Shown here in pieces: positions 19,278-29,806 of a stretch of DNA of 64,000 nucleotides. The stretch's first letter is position 1, and the number at the start of each line of letters is the position of its first letter. Under the pieces are notes generated by a model. It saw nothing but the letters and a program-made list of their open reading frames with translations. It was not told the DNA's origin and did not search any database. Source of the stretch: Candidatus Thioglobus sp. REDSEA-S12_B1. Its GTDB lineage: Bacteria; Pseudomonadota; Gammaproteobacteria; PS1; Pseudothioglobaceae. The stretch spans positions 120 through 64,119 of the forward strand of contig LURN01000025.1 of assembly GCA_001628405.1 (NCBI GenBank). Reading direction: 5' to 3'. Made by a program: the position numbers and the translations under genes.

Positions 19278-20834
19278 ATGACAAGAAGAAAATCTGGCGG
19301 TAGAGAGGCTCGAATTGCTTTAAGAAACGCTCCGTTAAAAGAAGAAGAAAAACCTGTTAATGCTGGAGAAATTGGTGGTAGGTACAAGCCTCTCAGTGAT
19401 AAACAGGTTCAAGATATCGAAAGAAACATTTATAGAATTCTTGAGGAGATAGGATTTGGAGATGCCACGCCTCACTGTATAGAGACCTGTGTCTCCTTTG
19501 GTGCAACTCTTGGCAAAGATGGAAGGCTTAGAATGTCAAGAGAAGTTGTGGATAAAGCAATCAACCTCTCTCAAAGAAATCTAACTCTCTACGGTCAGTC
19601 ACCCAAACACGATCTTGATCTAAGTGGCTCAAGGGTTCACTTCTCAACAGCTGGAGCAGCAGTTCTAATCGCCGACCCTGAAAAAAACGAATACAGAGAA
19701 TCTGTAAGCCAAGATTTATATGACATGGCAAGAATTGCTGACAAATGTGAACACATTCATATGTTTCAGAGAACATGCGTCCTGAGAGATATTGAGAATC
19801 CTCGAGAGATGGATCAAAACTCAGTGTACTGTGTTGCCATGGGCACTACAAAGCATGCTGGTGTTAGTTTTACAGAATCTAAACATGTTACTGATGCTTT
19901 AGAAATGCTTCATATAATTGCAGGGGGTGAAGATAAATGGAGAGAAAGACCTTTTATAAGCATGAGTAACTGTCATGTTGTACCGCCAATGAAGTTCGCT
20001 GAAGAATCTCTTGAGTGTCTGCGTGTTGGCGTTGAGGGTGGAATGCCAGTATTGCTTTTATCAGCCGGTCAAGCTGGAGCTACTGCTCCTCCTCTTCTTC
20101 CTGGAGTAGTGTCTCAGGCTTGGGCTGAATGCCTTGGTGGTCTAGTCTATGTCAACGCAATAAAGCCTGGCGCTCCTGCTATTCTTGGTACATGGCCATT
20201 TGTTTCAGACCTGAGGACTGGAGCAATGTGTGGAGGCTCACCAGAGCAAGGTCTAATTTCTGCAGCATGTGCGCAAATGGGCAATTATTTTAATCTACCC
20301 ACTGGAACTCCTGCAGGTATGACAGACTCTAAATTTCCTGACTTTCAAGCAGGATCTGAGAGAGCCTCAACTCATGCAGTAACGGCTATAGCTGGCTCAA
20401 ATATTGTTTATGAATCTGCAGGAATGTATGCAAGTCTCCTTGGAACTTGTCCTGAAAGTTTACTATTGGATAATGATTTACTGGGAGCCTCAATGAGAAT
20501 GACAAAAGGATTTAGTGATGATAGTGAAGAGTCTCTATGTTTTGAAACAATCAAAGATGTATGCTTGAATGATAAGGCCCACTATCTTGGTTCAGAACAA
20601 ACAATTAATGTAATGCAAAGTGAGTATATCTATCCCGAACTAAGCAATAGAGATAGCCCAAATGACTGGGCTGATATGGGCAAACCTGTTATTTTAGAGC
20701 AAGCAATCCAACAAAAAAATGAAATTTTATCGGAATACTTTCCAAGTCATATCAGTGATGATATTGATCAAAAAATTAGAGACAATTTTAATATTAAGCT
20801 AAGTCGAGATAGTATTGGAAGAAAGCCGTTTTAG
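19278..20834 (+). CDS. Trimethylamine methyltransferase (MttB) superfamily protein, non-pyrrolysine
   Basis: RRKSGGREARIALR N-terminus, GQAGATAP, SDLRTGA, GMTDSK; no in-frame TAG. Confidence 0.88.
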   Translation: MTRRKSGGREARIALRNAPLKEEEKPVNAGEIGGRYKPLSDKQVQDIERNIYRILEEIGFGDATPHCIETCVSFGATLGKDGRLRMSREVVDKAINLSQRNLTLYGQSPKHDLDLSGSRVHFSTAGAAVLIADPEKNEYRESVSQDLYDMARIADKCEHIHMFQRTCVLRDIENPREMDQNSVYCVAMGTTKHAGVSFTESKHVTDALEMLHIIAGGEDKWRERPFISMSNCHVVPPMKFAEESLECLRVGVEGGMPVLLLSAGQAGATAPPLLPGVVSQAWAECLGGLVYVNAIKPGAPAILGTWPFVSDLRTGAMCGGSPEQGLISAACAQMGNYFNLPTGTPAGMTDSKFPDFQAGSERASTHAVTAIAGSNIVYESAGMYASLLGTCPESLLLDNDLLGASMRMTKGFSDDSEESLCFETIKDVCLNDKAHYLGSEQTINVMQSEYIYPELSNRDSPNDWADMGKPVILEQAIQQKNEILSEYFPSHISDDIDQKIRDNFNIKLSRDSIGRKPF

Positions 20835-20849
20835 AAGAGAATCGTTGAT

Positions 20850-23267
20850 ATGAAATCACATGCACAGGTAGTAATTATTGGTGGAGGATCGTTAGGTGTT
20901 AATCTAATGTATCACCTTGGACTTGAAGGTTGGACTGATGTTGTTTTAGTTGAAAAAGGTGAACTTACTAGCGGATCCACTTGGCACGCAGCTGGACTAT
21001 GTCCAAACTTTAATGGCAACCATACATTGTCAAATATTCATGAATATACGGTTAAACTCTATGATGAAATTCTTCCAGAAAAAACAGGTCTCCCTTCTTC
21101 ATTCCATAAGACAGGCTCTCTAAGAGTTGGCTATACTGAAGTAGAGGAACAATGGTTCACAAATGTCATAAGCCGTTCAAATCATATCGGCTGTGAAATG
21201 TATTTTGTTTCTAAGGAGGAAGCTTCAATCATTAATCCAATGATGGACTTTACCAATGCGCGAAATATTTTGTACACACCAAATGATGGTCATGTCGATC
21301 CAACTACAGTAGTTACTCAACTTGCGCAACTTGCAAAAAAAGCTGGGGCTGAAGTGAGTAACTTTAATCGCGTAAAGGATATTAATATTCTTCCAACTGG
21401 TGAATATGAAGTAGTCACCGAACATGGAAACATTATTGCCGAACATGTTGTGAATGCAGGCGGCTGTTTTTCACCTCAAGTGGGCGCTATGGTCGGCTCC
21501 TATGTGCCTCTAGTTAATCTTCAACACCAATATTTGATTACAGATAGTCATCCTGAAATTGCAGCGCTTACCAAGGAGCTTCCTGTTACTCGAGACTCAA
21601 TTGCAGCTTCATACATAAGGCAAGAAGGAAGCGGTTTCTTAATTGGACCCTATGAAACCAGAGGTTCTAAGCCCTGGGCTCTAGATGGTGTTGACTGGTC
21701 ATTTGATCGTGAACTTTTTGAGGGCGACCTAGAAAGACTCATGCCATGGCTAGAAAGATGCATGGATATTTTTCCTCTCTTCAAAGAGGTTGGAATTAGC
21801 ACAGTAATCAACGGCCTTATCACTCATACACCTGACGACAACCTTCTAGTTGGACCGGCGAAAGGTTTAAAGAATTTCTGGAATCTTTGTGGTGCTAGTA
21901 TCGGTATTGCACAAGGCGGAATTGGAAAATATTTAGCGCAATGGATGGTTCATGGTCAAACTGAGCTCAACATGGCTTCACTGGATAGTCGTCGATTTGA
22001 CACCTGGGCAGATAAAACATATTGTACTACTCGCGCAATTGAGTCTTATGAGCGCATGTATGCATATTCAGCACCAAATGAAAACCGACCGCATGGAAGA
22101 CCAATTAGAGTAAGTCCTCTTCATACTCTATTAAGCCAGAAGGGTGCTATTCATACTGTTAATACTGGGTTTGAAAAACCTTCTTGGTTTACCACTGAAG
22201 AAATAAGCAAAGAGACTTTATCCTGGTCACATTCAGAGGCGCATGAAGCAGTAAAAGAAGAGTGTCTCTCTGTCCAAAATTCATGTGGCATCACTGACAT
22301 AAGTGGAACAGCCAAATTTAAAATCACTGGAAAAGATGCTTTTAATTTTCTTGATGGTTTATCTTGTAATAGGCTTCCTTCAAAGAATGGAAGAATTGGG
22401 TTAACTCTTTTTCACGCCCCCAATGGTGGGATTATGGCGGAACAAACAATAAGCCGAATCAATGAAAACGAATTTCTTTTAATGGGCGCTATTGGATCTG
22501 AGGTAAAAGACTATCAATGGCTTGAATGGCATGCAGATGGTCTAGATGTAACCATAGATAATTTAACTGAAGATTGGGGCGGAATTCTATTAACTGGCCC
22601 TGAAGCAAGAAATATATTGAGCCAATGCACACAAGAAGACTTAAGTAATGATGCATTTTCATGGCTCAGTTGCAAAACGATCAAAATAGACTCAGCGGAA
22701 GTTTTTGCTATGCGGGTCTCTTATGCAGGAGAGCTTGGCTGGGAACTGCATATGCCAAGCTGGCAACTGATCTCTATCTATGAATCTTTATTTGAAATGG
22801 GATCACCACTTGGTTTGAGAAACTTTGGAGGCCTAGCTTTCAATAGTATGAGACTGGAAAAAATGTATAGAGCCTATGGTGCTGAATTTACTGAAGAAAT
22901 TTCAGCCCTTGAAGCTGGAATGGATCGCTTTCTTGATTTAAGTCGAAATTTTATTGGCTCTGAAAATATTAACCAACGTAAATTGGATGGCATACAGATA
23001 AAACTAGCTTATCTTATATTTGATGATGATATTCCAGCAGAATGTTTTGGCAATGAAGCTGTTTTTGATGGTGATGATTTGATTGGAATCATTACCAGTG
23101 GTGCATATGGCTTCAGAGTTGGACATAGCATTGCATTTGCTTACTTAAAACCAGGTCACTGTGTTGAGGGACAGCAATTGAGAGTCGACACTTCTTTAGG
23201 AAGTCGCAAATGTCATGTTAGTATGAAAGCTGCATACGACAACAGCAATGAAAAACTTCGTTCATAA
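20850..23267 (+). CDS. GcvT-family FAD-dependent oxidoreductase (dimethylglycine dehydrogenase-like)
   Basis: GGGSLG, TSGSTWHAAG (covalent-flavin His), TPDD, R(V)SYAGELGWELH and MRLEK folate-binding domain. Confidence 0.9.
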   Translation: MKSHAQVVIIGGGSLGVNLMYHLGLEGWTDVVLVEKGELTSGSTWHAAGLCPNFNGNHTLSNIHEYTVKLYDEILPEKTGLPSSFHKTGSLRVGYTEVEEQWFTNVISRSNHIGCEMYFVSKEEASIINPMMDFTNARNILYTPNDGHVDPTTVVTQLAQLAKKAGAEVSNFNRVKDINILPTGEYEVVTEHGNIIAEHVVNAGGCFSPQVGAMVGSYVPLVNLQHQYLITDSHPEIAALTKELPVTRDSIAASYIRQEGSGFLIGPYETRGSKPWALDGVDWSFDRELFEGDLERLMPWLERCMDIFPLFKEVGISTVINGLITHTPDDNLLVGPAKGLKNFWNLCGASIGIAQGGIGKYLAQWMVHGQTELNMASLDSRRFDTWADKTYCTTRAIESYERMYAYSAPNENRPHGRPIRVSPLHTLLSQKGAIHTVNTGFEKPSWFTTEEISKETLSWSHSEAHEAVKEECLSVQNSCGITDISGTAKFKITGKDAFNFLDGLSCNRLPSKNGRIGLTLFHAPNGGIMAEQTISRINENEFLLMGAIGSEVKDYQWLEWHADGLDVTIDNLTEDWGGILLTGPEARNILSQCTQEDLSNDAFSWLSCKTIKIDSAEVFAMRVSYAGELGWELHMPSWQLISIYESLFEMGSPLGLRNFGGLAFNSMRLEKMYRAYGAEFTEEISALEAGMDRFLDLSRNFIGSENINQRKLDGIQIKLAYLIFDDDIPAECFGNEAVFDGDDLIGIITSGAYGFRVGHSIAFAYLKPGHCVEGQQLRVDTSLGSRKCHVSMKAAYDNSNEKLRS

Positions 23268-23313
23268 CGTTTAACTTAACTAAAATATTTTTAAAATTTA
23301 TTATCAATGACTT

Positions 23314-23505
23314 ATGAGTGAACAAGCTAGACTAAAACAAATCAAAAGCCCATGTGTTAGTATTTGTAAATACAACAAAGATAACTTCTGTGTTGGTTGC
23401 AAGCGACACATGAATGAAATTTTTGATTGGTTTGATTTTTCAGATGAGATGAGGTCAGCAATTATGCAAGATTTATTGACTCGTGAAATAGATACAAGCT
23501 GTTAG
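23314..23505 (+). CDS. DUF1289 family small Cys-rich protein
   Basis: SPCVSIC...CVGCKR...EIFDW pattern. Confidence 0.8.
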   Translation: MSEQARLKQIKSPCVSICKYNKDNFCVGCKRHMNEIFDWFDFSDEMRSAIMQDLLTREIDTSC

Positions 23506-23509
23506 CTTA

Positions 23510-24118
23510 TTAAAAATACAAAAGACTAAAGCCAACCCCAATCATTATCACTCCAAAAATCCTGTTTACTCTTAAGGCCATTGTTTCACTTCTAATTAGC
23601 TCACGTAATTTTTTCCCAAGAGCGCCAATAAATAATAAACCAACCAATAGAGCAATCGCAACTGTAGTTATGATTTTTAATCCATTAGAAAAACTGACCT
23701 GATTGAGATTAATTAAAGATGGAAGGACCGACAAATAAAAAATCATTACTTTTGGGTTAGTGCCAGCCAATATGAATCCTGTCAATAATTCTCGCAGATG
23801 CGATTGAACTGAAACTTCTTTATCCATACTAAATTTACCAGCCCTCCATTGGGAGTAGCCCAAATAAAACAAATAACAGGCACCGAAATATTGAACTATG
23901 TTGGTTACTGGCGTAATCAAGTCAGCCAATGCGTTTAATGAAAAAATAACAATGGTCAGATATAACAAATCACCCAGCGTCATTCCAATTGAAAAAAATA
24001 TTGCTGAAGCAAGACCTCTTGAAGTAGAAATTGAAAGCAATGCTAGAGTTCCAGGCCCAGGAGTTATGGCAAAAATAAAAAGAGTAAAGCCTAAGACTAA
24101 GAAAATATTTAGTTCCAT
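23510..24118 (-). CDS. LysE/RhtB family exporter
   Basis: TPGPG motif, NPKVMIFY, six hydrophobic segments. Confidence 0.9.
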   Translation of the reverse strand: MELNIFLVLGFTLFIFAITPGPGTLALLSISTSRGLASAIFFSIGMTLGDLLYLTIVIFSLNALADLITPVTNIVQYFGACYLFYLGYSQWRAGKFSMDKEVSVQSHLRELLTGFILAGTNPKVMIFYLSVLPSLINLNQVSFSNGLKIITTVAIALLVGLLFIGALGKKLRELIRSETMALRVNRIFGVIMIGVGFSLLYF

Positions 24119-24137
24119 AATTGAATTTTGTATAGCA

Positions 24138-25037
24138 CTACCTAAAAGGTATCATATTTTTTAGATTTAATTCATTAAGAAGCGCAAGTGCTGACACAGC
24201 CATTATGATTCCAATGGCATTATAAATAGTAAGAGTTTCTCCAAAGAAAATTGCACCTAATGCGATTGCAAAGAACGGAGTTAAAATTGAAAATGCCGAA
24301 CTTTTTTTTGAACCAATAATCCTCAATCCAGTGTAATATAAAGCTGTAATTGCAGTTCCAGCAATTACCGAAACAAAGAGTATATTAATCCAAAAAATAT
24401 AATTCATATCCCCTAACTTAAAGAGATATTTGCTTTCAAAAGCTAAATTCCAGTCAATCAAAAACCCAAAAAGACAGACATAGAAGTTAATTGTCAATAC
24501 ATGGATATTCTTCATGTATGAAGCCAATACTGTAAATAATGCATAGGTCAATGCAGCTAGAACAAAATAAATATTTCCTCCAGTAACTAATTTTTCCAGG
24601 TTGAATTGATCAAGATCCAACATGAGAGCTACGCCTGTCACCCCAATAGCAAGTGCAAGCCAATCCTTTAAAATAGGTTTTGATTTTTTTGAAAAAATCA
24701 TCATTATGTAAACAAAAATTGGAATTAAAACTGTCACTAAGGCTGCTCCCAAGCCAACCGCTCCCCTCTGCATCCCCATAAAGTAGGTTCTGTAATTTCC
24801 AATAAGAAAAAATGCAAGAAAAATGCATATTAAAAAGTTTTTTAAATTAATTTTCAAAGGAATTTTCATCCAAAGGATTAACGGCAAAGTTGACAGTGCT
24901 GATAGGAAAAATCTATAGACAACCACCTCATCCTCACTGATATAGAAAGACAGATATTTTGCAGATACTCCTGATAACGCCCAAACGAATGGTACAAGAA
25001 GCATTACTAGCGTCATTGTTTTTTCAGATTGAAACAT
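24138..25037 (-). CDS. DMT (EamA) family transporter
   Basis: Ten TM segments in two EamA repeats; P(F)FAIALGAIFFGE. Confidence 0.85.
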   Translation of the reverse strand: MFQSEKTMTLVMLLVPFVWALSGVSAKYLSFYISEDEVVVYRFFLSALSTLPLILWMKIPLKINLKNFLICIFLAFFLIGNYRTYFMGMQRGAVGLGAALVTVLIPIFVYIMMIFSKKSKPILKDWLALAIGVTGVALMLDLDQFNLEKLVTGGNIYFVLAALTYALFTVLASYMKNIHVLTINFYVCLFGFLIDWNLAFESKYLFKLGDMNYIFWINILFVSVIAGTAITALYYTGLRIIGSKKSSAFSILTPFFAIALGAIFFGETLTIYNAIGIIMAVSALALLNELNLKNMIPFR

Positions 25038-25054
25038 TTACCTCCTTCTGTCTA

Positions 25055-25663
25055 TCAGTATAGTCCAACAAAGACGCCCACCAAAATCATTGTGATACCA
25101 GTCACTTGATTAATTCTTTTTATATTATTGGGGTCTTCAATATGTTTTCTAAGTCTAATTCCCAAGATATTTGCTAAGCTTAAAACAAAAAATACTGTAG
25201 CACCAATTGCGACCAAAACCTGCACCTCAGTTCTGAACGATAAATCATTCAAATCAATAAAAACTGGAAGAAAAGACAAATAAAAAATTATAGTTTTTGG
25301 GTTGGTCACTCCAACAATAAACCCGGCTACAAAAAGCATAAAGAAGGAACTTCTCTTACTAGACTGTTCAAAGCTTACCCCTCTTGAGCGATATTGCTGG
25401 TATCCAATAAATATTAAATATGATGCCCCTAAGATTTTGACGTAAAGCATGCTGTTATTAATTAATTCAGCCAAGGCGCTAAGTGCTAGCATGGCTAAAG
25501 CCACATAAATGATATCTCCAATTGTGTGTCCAAGCGAAAGCCAAATAGCTGGAACTGGACCAAATCTAGTTGCTATAGCTAAGACAGCAAATAAACCAGG
25601 GCCAGGTGAAATAGCATAAATAAAAGTTGCTACTATTAGGGAAATTAAGGTAAGCAAATCCAT
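25055..25663 (-). CDS. LysE/RhtB family exporter
   Basis: SPGPG motif and NPKTIIFY. Confidence 0.9.
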   Translation of the reverse strand: MDLLTLISLIVATFIYAISPGPGLFAVLAIATRFGPVPAIWLSLGHTIGDIIYVALAMLALSALAELINNSMLYVKILGASYLIFIGYQQYRSRGVSFEQSSKRSSFFMLFVAGFIVGVTNPKTIIFYLSFLPVFIDLNDLSFRTEVQVLVAIGATVFFVLSLANILGIRLRKHIEDPNNIKRINQVTGITMILVGVFVGLY

Positions 25664-25686
25664 TGCAAGATTATAAACATTGCATC

Positions 25687-25695
25687 TGCTATAAT
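25687..25695 (+). promoter_or_regulatory. Extended -10 element for accA
   Basis: TGcTATAAT 35 nt upstream of the accA ATG. Confidence 0.5.
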
Positions 25696-25730
25696 TATCA
25701 CTATATTTTCTATCGTAATCAGTGCACTAA

Positions 25731-26681
25731 ATGAACCTGAACTATCTAGACTTTGAACAACCAATTGCAGAATTGGAAGATAAGATTGATGCCCTTGAAA
25801 GTGTTAAAGATGATGTCGATATCGCCAAGGAGATGGACGCACTAAAATCCAAGAGTGAGCAGCTAACAAAAAAAATATTTTCTTCTCTGACGGATTGGCA
25901 AATATCCCAACTTGCTAGGCATCCCCAAAGACTTTATACACTGGACTATGTAGATAATATTTTTGATGAGTTTACAGAGCTCTGTGGTGACCGAGCATTT
26001 GCAAATGATCACTCATTGATAGGCGGAATTGCAAAAATGGATGACCTTACGTTTATGTTTATTGGCCAACAAAAGGGTCGCTCCACAAAAGAGAAGATTT
26101 ATCATAATTTTGGAATGACAAGGCCAGAAGGTTATCGAAAAGCACTTAGACTAATGAAAATGGCAGAAAAATTTGGTCTGCCGGTTATTACATTTATTGA
26201 CACCCCTGGTGCCTACCCTGGTATTGGCGCAGAAGAGAGAGGGCAAAGTGAGGCTATCGCCAAAAATCTCTATGAGATGTCTACACTGAAAACTCCAATT
26301 CTTTCAGTGGTCATTGGTGAAGGTGGATCGGGTGGAGCTCTTGCTATTGGACTATGCGATACCATGATGATGTTTGAATATAGTATCTATTCTGTCATTT
26401 CACCTGAGGGCTGTGCCTCGATTCTTTATAAAGATGCTGCAAAAGCACCAATTGCTGCAGAATCTCTTAAGCTTACGAGTAAACATTTAAAGAAAAACAA
26501 GCTAATTGATAAAATTATTCCTGAGCCCTTGGGTGGAATTCATAGAGACCCAGAAAAAGCTTTTAAATTTTTAAAAAAATCATTAATCAAAGAGCTTAAT
26601 AAATTATCAGAACTTCCACTTAACCAGCTTCTTGAAGAAAGGCATGAAAAATTATTAAGTTTTGGAAGATTTAGCGAATAA
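25731..26681 (+). CDS. accA: Acetyl-CoA carboxylase carboxyltransferase alpha subunit
   Basis: [32 protein letters not shown] and SPEGCASIL. Confidence 0.97.
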   Translation: MNLNYLDFEQPIAELEDKIDALESVKDDVDIAKEMDALKSKSEQLTKKIFSSLTDWQISQLARHPQRLYTLDYVDNIFDEFTELCGDRAFANDHSLIGGIAKMDDLTFMFIGQQKGRSTKEKIYHNFGMTRPEGYRKALRLMKMAEKFGLPVITFIDTPGAYPGIGAEERGQSEAIAKNLYEMSTLKTPILSVVIGEGGSGGALAIGLCDTMMMFEYSIYSVISPEGCASILYKDAAKAPIAAESLKLTSKHLKKNKLIDKIIPEPLGGIHRDPEKAFKFLKKSLIKELNKLSELPLNQLLEERHEKLLSFGRFSE

Positions 26682-27840
26682 AGACCCTTTTTTAATAGGG
26701 AAAAAAATTGTTGTTGCCTTAAGTGGTGGGGTTGATTCGGTCGTTCTGCTTCACTTTTTGAACACAAATTACTCTGGAAGTGTTCGTGCAGTTCATATTA
26801 ATCATAATCTTTCTGAATTTAGTAATGACTGGAAGGAATTCTGTGAAAACTTATGTGTAATTCATAATATTGAATTTAAATGTATAGATTTAAATATCAT
26901 AAATTCTTCTAACATCGAAGAAAATGCTAGGAAATGTCGCTATAATTCATTAAAATCTGATATATCGGCAGATGAAATTCTTTGCACTGCACACCATCAA
27001 GATGACCAAGCTGAAACACTTCTACTCCAATTGTTTCGAGGGAGTGGTGTTGCTGGTCTTGCCTCTATGCCTAAATTAAAAAAATTTGGTGAATCATTTT
27101 TGTATCGACCTTTATTGAATGTCACAAAACAGCAGATTAATGACTATGCCTCTGAAAACCATTTGGAGTGGGTTGAAGATGATAGCAATAAAAACACTCA
27201 ATTTAAAAGAAATTTATTAAGGCTTGAGCTTATACCAAAACTAAAGTCTGGTTTTGATAGTATCGTCCATAATATTTCGAGAAGCGCTAACCATCAAGCA
27301 GAAGCCTTAAAGCTTATGCACGATCTTGCGCAAATTGATATTGAGAAATACAGACTTGTTGATAACGACAAGATTCAAGTAACACCCTTGCTAAAGCTGC
27401 CATCAAGAAGAATTGCAAACGTCCTTCGATTTTATATCAATCAACGAGACTTTTTGATGCCCACTAATAAAGTGTTAGCTGAACTCATCTCAGTGATGGG
27501 CGCAAAGAGTGATGCGCAAGTACTTTTAAAATGGCACTGCTATGAAGTTAGGCGATTCAATGATGAACTGTATTTCTTTGATACTGAAGATGAAGATAAG
27601 CCATTAGATTGCCCTTACTTCAAAGAGCTTCAGGTTAAATCTAATTTCGAAGTTCGCTATCGAAAAGAGGGTCAGCGGGTAAAACTTAAAGGAAAGAAGC
27701 ACTCTAGTTCTCTTAAAAAAATACTTCAGGAGTCGAGCATCCCGCCATGGCAAAGAGATAAATTACGTATGTATTATATTGATGGAAATCTCAAAGCCAT
27801 GGAGCTGATAGGCGAAATGTCTGAAGTATTGAATAAATAA
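26662..27840 (+). CDS. tilS: tRNA(Ile)-lysidine synthetase
   Basis: PP-loop ALSGGVDS, ARxx[13 protein letters not shown] and RPLL; follows accA; TTG start uncertain. Confidence 0.93.
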   Translation: MEDLANKDPFLIGKKIVVALSGGVDSVVLLHFLNTNYSGSVRAVHINHNLSEFSNDWKEFCENLCVIHNIEFKCIDLNIINSSNIEENARKCRYNSLKSDISADEILCTAHHQDDQAETLLLQLFRGSGVAGLASMPKLKKFGESFLYRPLLNVTKQQINDYASENHLEWVEDDSNKNTQFKRNLLRLELIPKLKSGFDSIVHNISRSANHQAEALKLMHDLAQIDIEKYRLVDNDKIQVTPLLKLPSRRIANVLRFYINQRDFLMPTNKVLAELISVMGAKSDAQVLLKWHCYEVRRFNDELYFFDTEDEDKPLDCPYFKELQVKSNFEVRYRKEGQRVKLKGKKHSSSLKKILQESSIPPWQRDKLRMYYIDGNLKAMELIGEMSEVLNK

Positions 27841-27841
27841 A

Positions 27842-28420
27842 CTATTGACTGAAATCCCCGCTCAATGCTTGTTGTGATTCAGAATTTAAAATAGTCTCAG
27901 AATCATAGTTTGAGTGAGTTGATCCTATCTTGACAGTCGACCCAGCAACAAAGTCTTGAATCATTTTTTGGTCGAATTCAAATCTCATAAAATGAACTGC
28001 TGACGTCTTAACATCTGTTTCTCTTTCAAGATCTTCATTGCATATTGGAAAAACTTTTTCATGACCTTCTACCTGAAAATAAATACTTTTTTCAACACCA
28101 ATCAATCTTGATAAGGCCTCGATTCTCTCTTCTACATCAGGGTATTCAATCATCATCGTAGCTTTAAGGTTGGCACCATTAGGAACCAGTGCATTATAAA
28201 CATCGAGCTCCTCTTGGATCTCACTTGATTCAAAAATCTTCTCTATTCGAAGCATCTCTTGGATTTGGTATTGAACCGTTTTTCTGTTTTCGAATATTAA
28301 CCTAATATGGTCACCAAGGTGAACCTCTCTAAGTTTTTTTATTTGAATAGTATCATGACGAATCTTTGATCGTTTTTCTGCATACTCTTCTAGAGATAAT
28401 AAATCTTGTTTTTCTAACAT
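27842..28420 (-). CDS. DUF3501 family protein
   Basis: LIFENRKTVQYQIQEMLRIE, ATMMIEY and TSAVHF; third gene of the rubrerythrin cluster. Confidence 0.88.
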   Translation of the reverse strand: MLEKQDLLSLEEYAEKRSKIRHDTIQIKKLREVHLGDHIRLIFENRKTVQYQIQEMLRIEKIFESSEIQEELDVYNALVPNGANLKATMMIEYPDVEERIEALSRLIGVEKSIYFQVEGHEKVFPICNEDLERETDVKTSAVHFMRFEFDQKMIQDFVAGSTVKIGSTHSNYDSETILNSESQQALSGDFSQ

Positions 28421-28439
28421 AATAAGATCCTCAAATTAT

Positions 28440-29744
28440 TTATAAACCATAAGCCATTTTCACCAAGCTAATTGGATGAATGGAATCTATGTCTTGGGAA
28501 GCAATATGCGCAACATGGTTACCAGCCATAACGCAATCGCTTATCACTAAATCGGTATCATCAGTAATTTTTTTTGCAACTGGCATACCTATTTTTACTG
28601 AGTAGGTATGAGTTTCTTTTCTCACGCCATATGTACCGTCATGGCCTGAGCATCTTTCTGCAATATTAACGTCTAATTCTGGAATTAAACTAAGAATTTT
28701 TTTCGTATGTGCGCCAATATTTTGAACTCTTTGATGACAGGCAACTTGATAAAGAACGTCTTTATCAATTGCCTTGAAGTTTTCATCAAACTGATTATTC
28801 TTTATAAGCAATGAAAGATACTCAAATGGATCATAAAATGCTTTTGAAATAGCTTTTATATCATCATTATCAGATAGTATCATTGGCAACTCATTCTTAA
28901 ACATTAGAACACATGATGGTATTGGAGCTATCAGTTTGTAACCATCTTTTACCAATTTGATTAATGGCTCAATATTTGCGTTTGCATATTTGACAACTGA
29001 GTCCAGGTCCCCAAGTTCCATTTTAGGCATACCGCAACATTGAGTCTTGTTGACTAGCTTGACCTCAACCTTGTTATGTCTTAAGACATCAACCAAATCA
29101 ATGACTGTTTTGGGGTCATTATATTCTCCATAGCAGGTACCAAAAATAGCCACCTTGAACTCGCTCTCAGTTTTTTCTTCAACGAATAATTTAGTTAAAT
29201 TCTTTGTGTGATATTTTGGAACAACAGCATCCTCATGAACTCCTAAAACTTTTTGAGTTACCTTTCTAACAACTTTGTTTTTATTTGACCAGTTCACAAC
29301 TGGAGCAATAACTGGCTTAGATGCAATCGAGCCTAATTTTTGGGGAGAAGTTAAAACCTTATGAGATAACTTAGTCTCACCTTTTTTAAATTGTATTGCT
29401 TTTGCTCTCAACATGAGGTGAGGAAAATCTACATTCCATTCATGTGGAGGCACATAGGGGCATTTTGTCATATAGCACAAATCACACAAATAGCACTGGT
29501 CTACGACTTTTTTATAGTCGGCCTTGTCAACACCATCAACCTCAAAAGTTTCTGACTCATCAATTAAGTCAAACAGCGTTGGAAAGGATTTGCATAAACT
29601 AACGCAGCGTCTACAACCATGACAAATATCGAAAACTCTCTCAAGTTCATCATTAAGAGAATTTTCGTCATAGAAATCTTCATCTTTCCAATTTAGAGGA
29701 TGGCGAGTTGGAGCCTCTAAATTACCTTCTTTAAATTTAGACAT
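28440..29744 (-). CDS. Rubrerythrin-associated Fe-S oxidoreductase (4Fe-4S dicluster plus CCG domains)
   Basis: CHGCRRCVSLC, CYLCDLC...CP, CCGMP and CSGHDG. Confidence 0.88.
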   Translation of the reverse strand: MSKFKEGNLEAPTRHPLNWKDEDFYDENSLNDELERVFDICHGCRRCVSLCKSFPTLFDLIDESETFEVDGVDKADYKKVVDQCYLCDLCYMTKCPYVPPHEWNVDFPHLMLRAKAIQFKKGETKLSHKVLTSPQKLGSIASKPVIAPVVNWSNKNKVVRKVTQKVLGVHEDAVVPKYHTKNLTKLFVEEKTESEFKVAIFGTCYGEYNDPKTVIDLVDVLRHNKVEVKLVNKTQCCGMPKMELGDLDSVVKYANANIEPLIKLVKDGYKLIAPIPSCVLMFKNELPMILSDNDDIKAISKAFYDPFEYLSLLIKNNQFDENFKAIDKDVLYQVACHQRVQNIGAHTKKILSLIPELDVNIAERCSGHDGTYGVRKETHTYSVKIGMPVAKKITDDTDLVISDCVMAGNHVAHIASQDIDSIHPISLVKMAYGL

Positions 29745-29768
29745 ACTTATTAATTAATTTTTGAGTTT

Positions 29769-29803
29769 TTTTGCTACCATAGGCTTAGCCCATGGCAGCA
29801 AAG
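29769..29803 (-). other. Stable stem-loop directly 3' of the rubrerythrin stop codon
   Basis: Minus-strand RNA UUUUGCUGCCAUGGGC-UAA-GCCUAUGGUAGCAAAA pairs over 16 bp with two G-U pairs. Confidence 0.6.
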
Positions 29804-29806
29804 ACT

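Noticed and set aside
19278-20834. Pyrrolysine recoding in the MttB gene
   Set aside because: The reading frame is continuous with no in-frame TAG, and no pyl genes are in the window.
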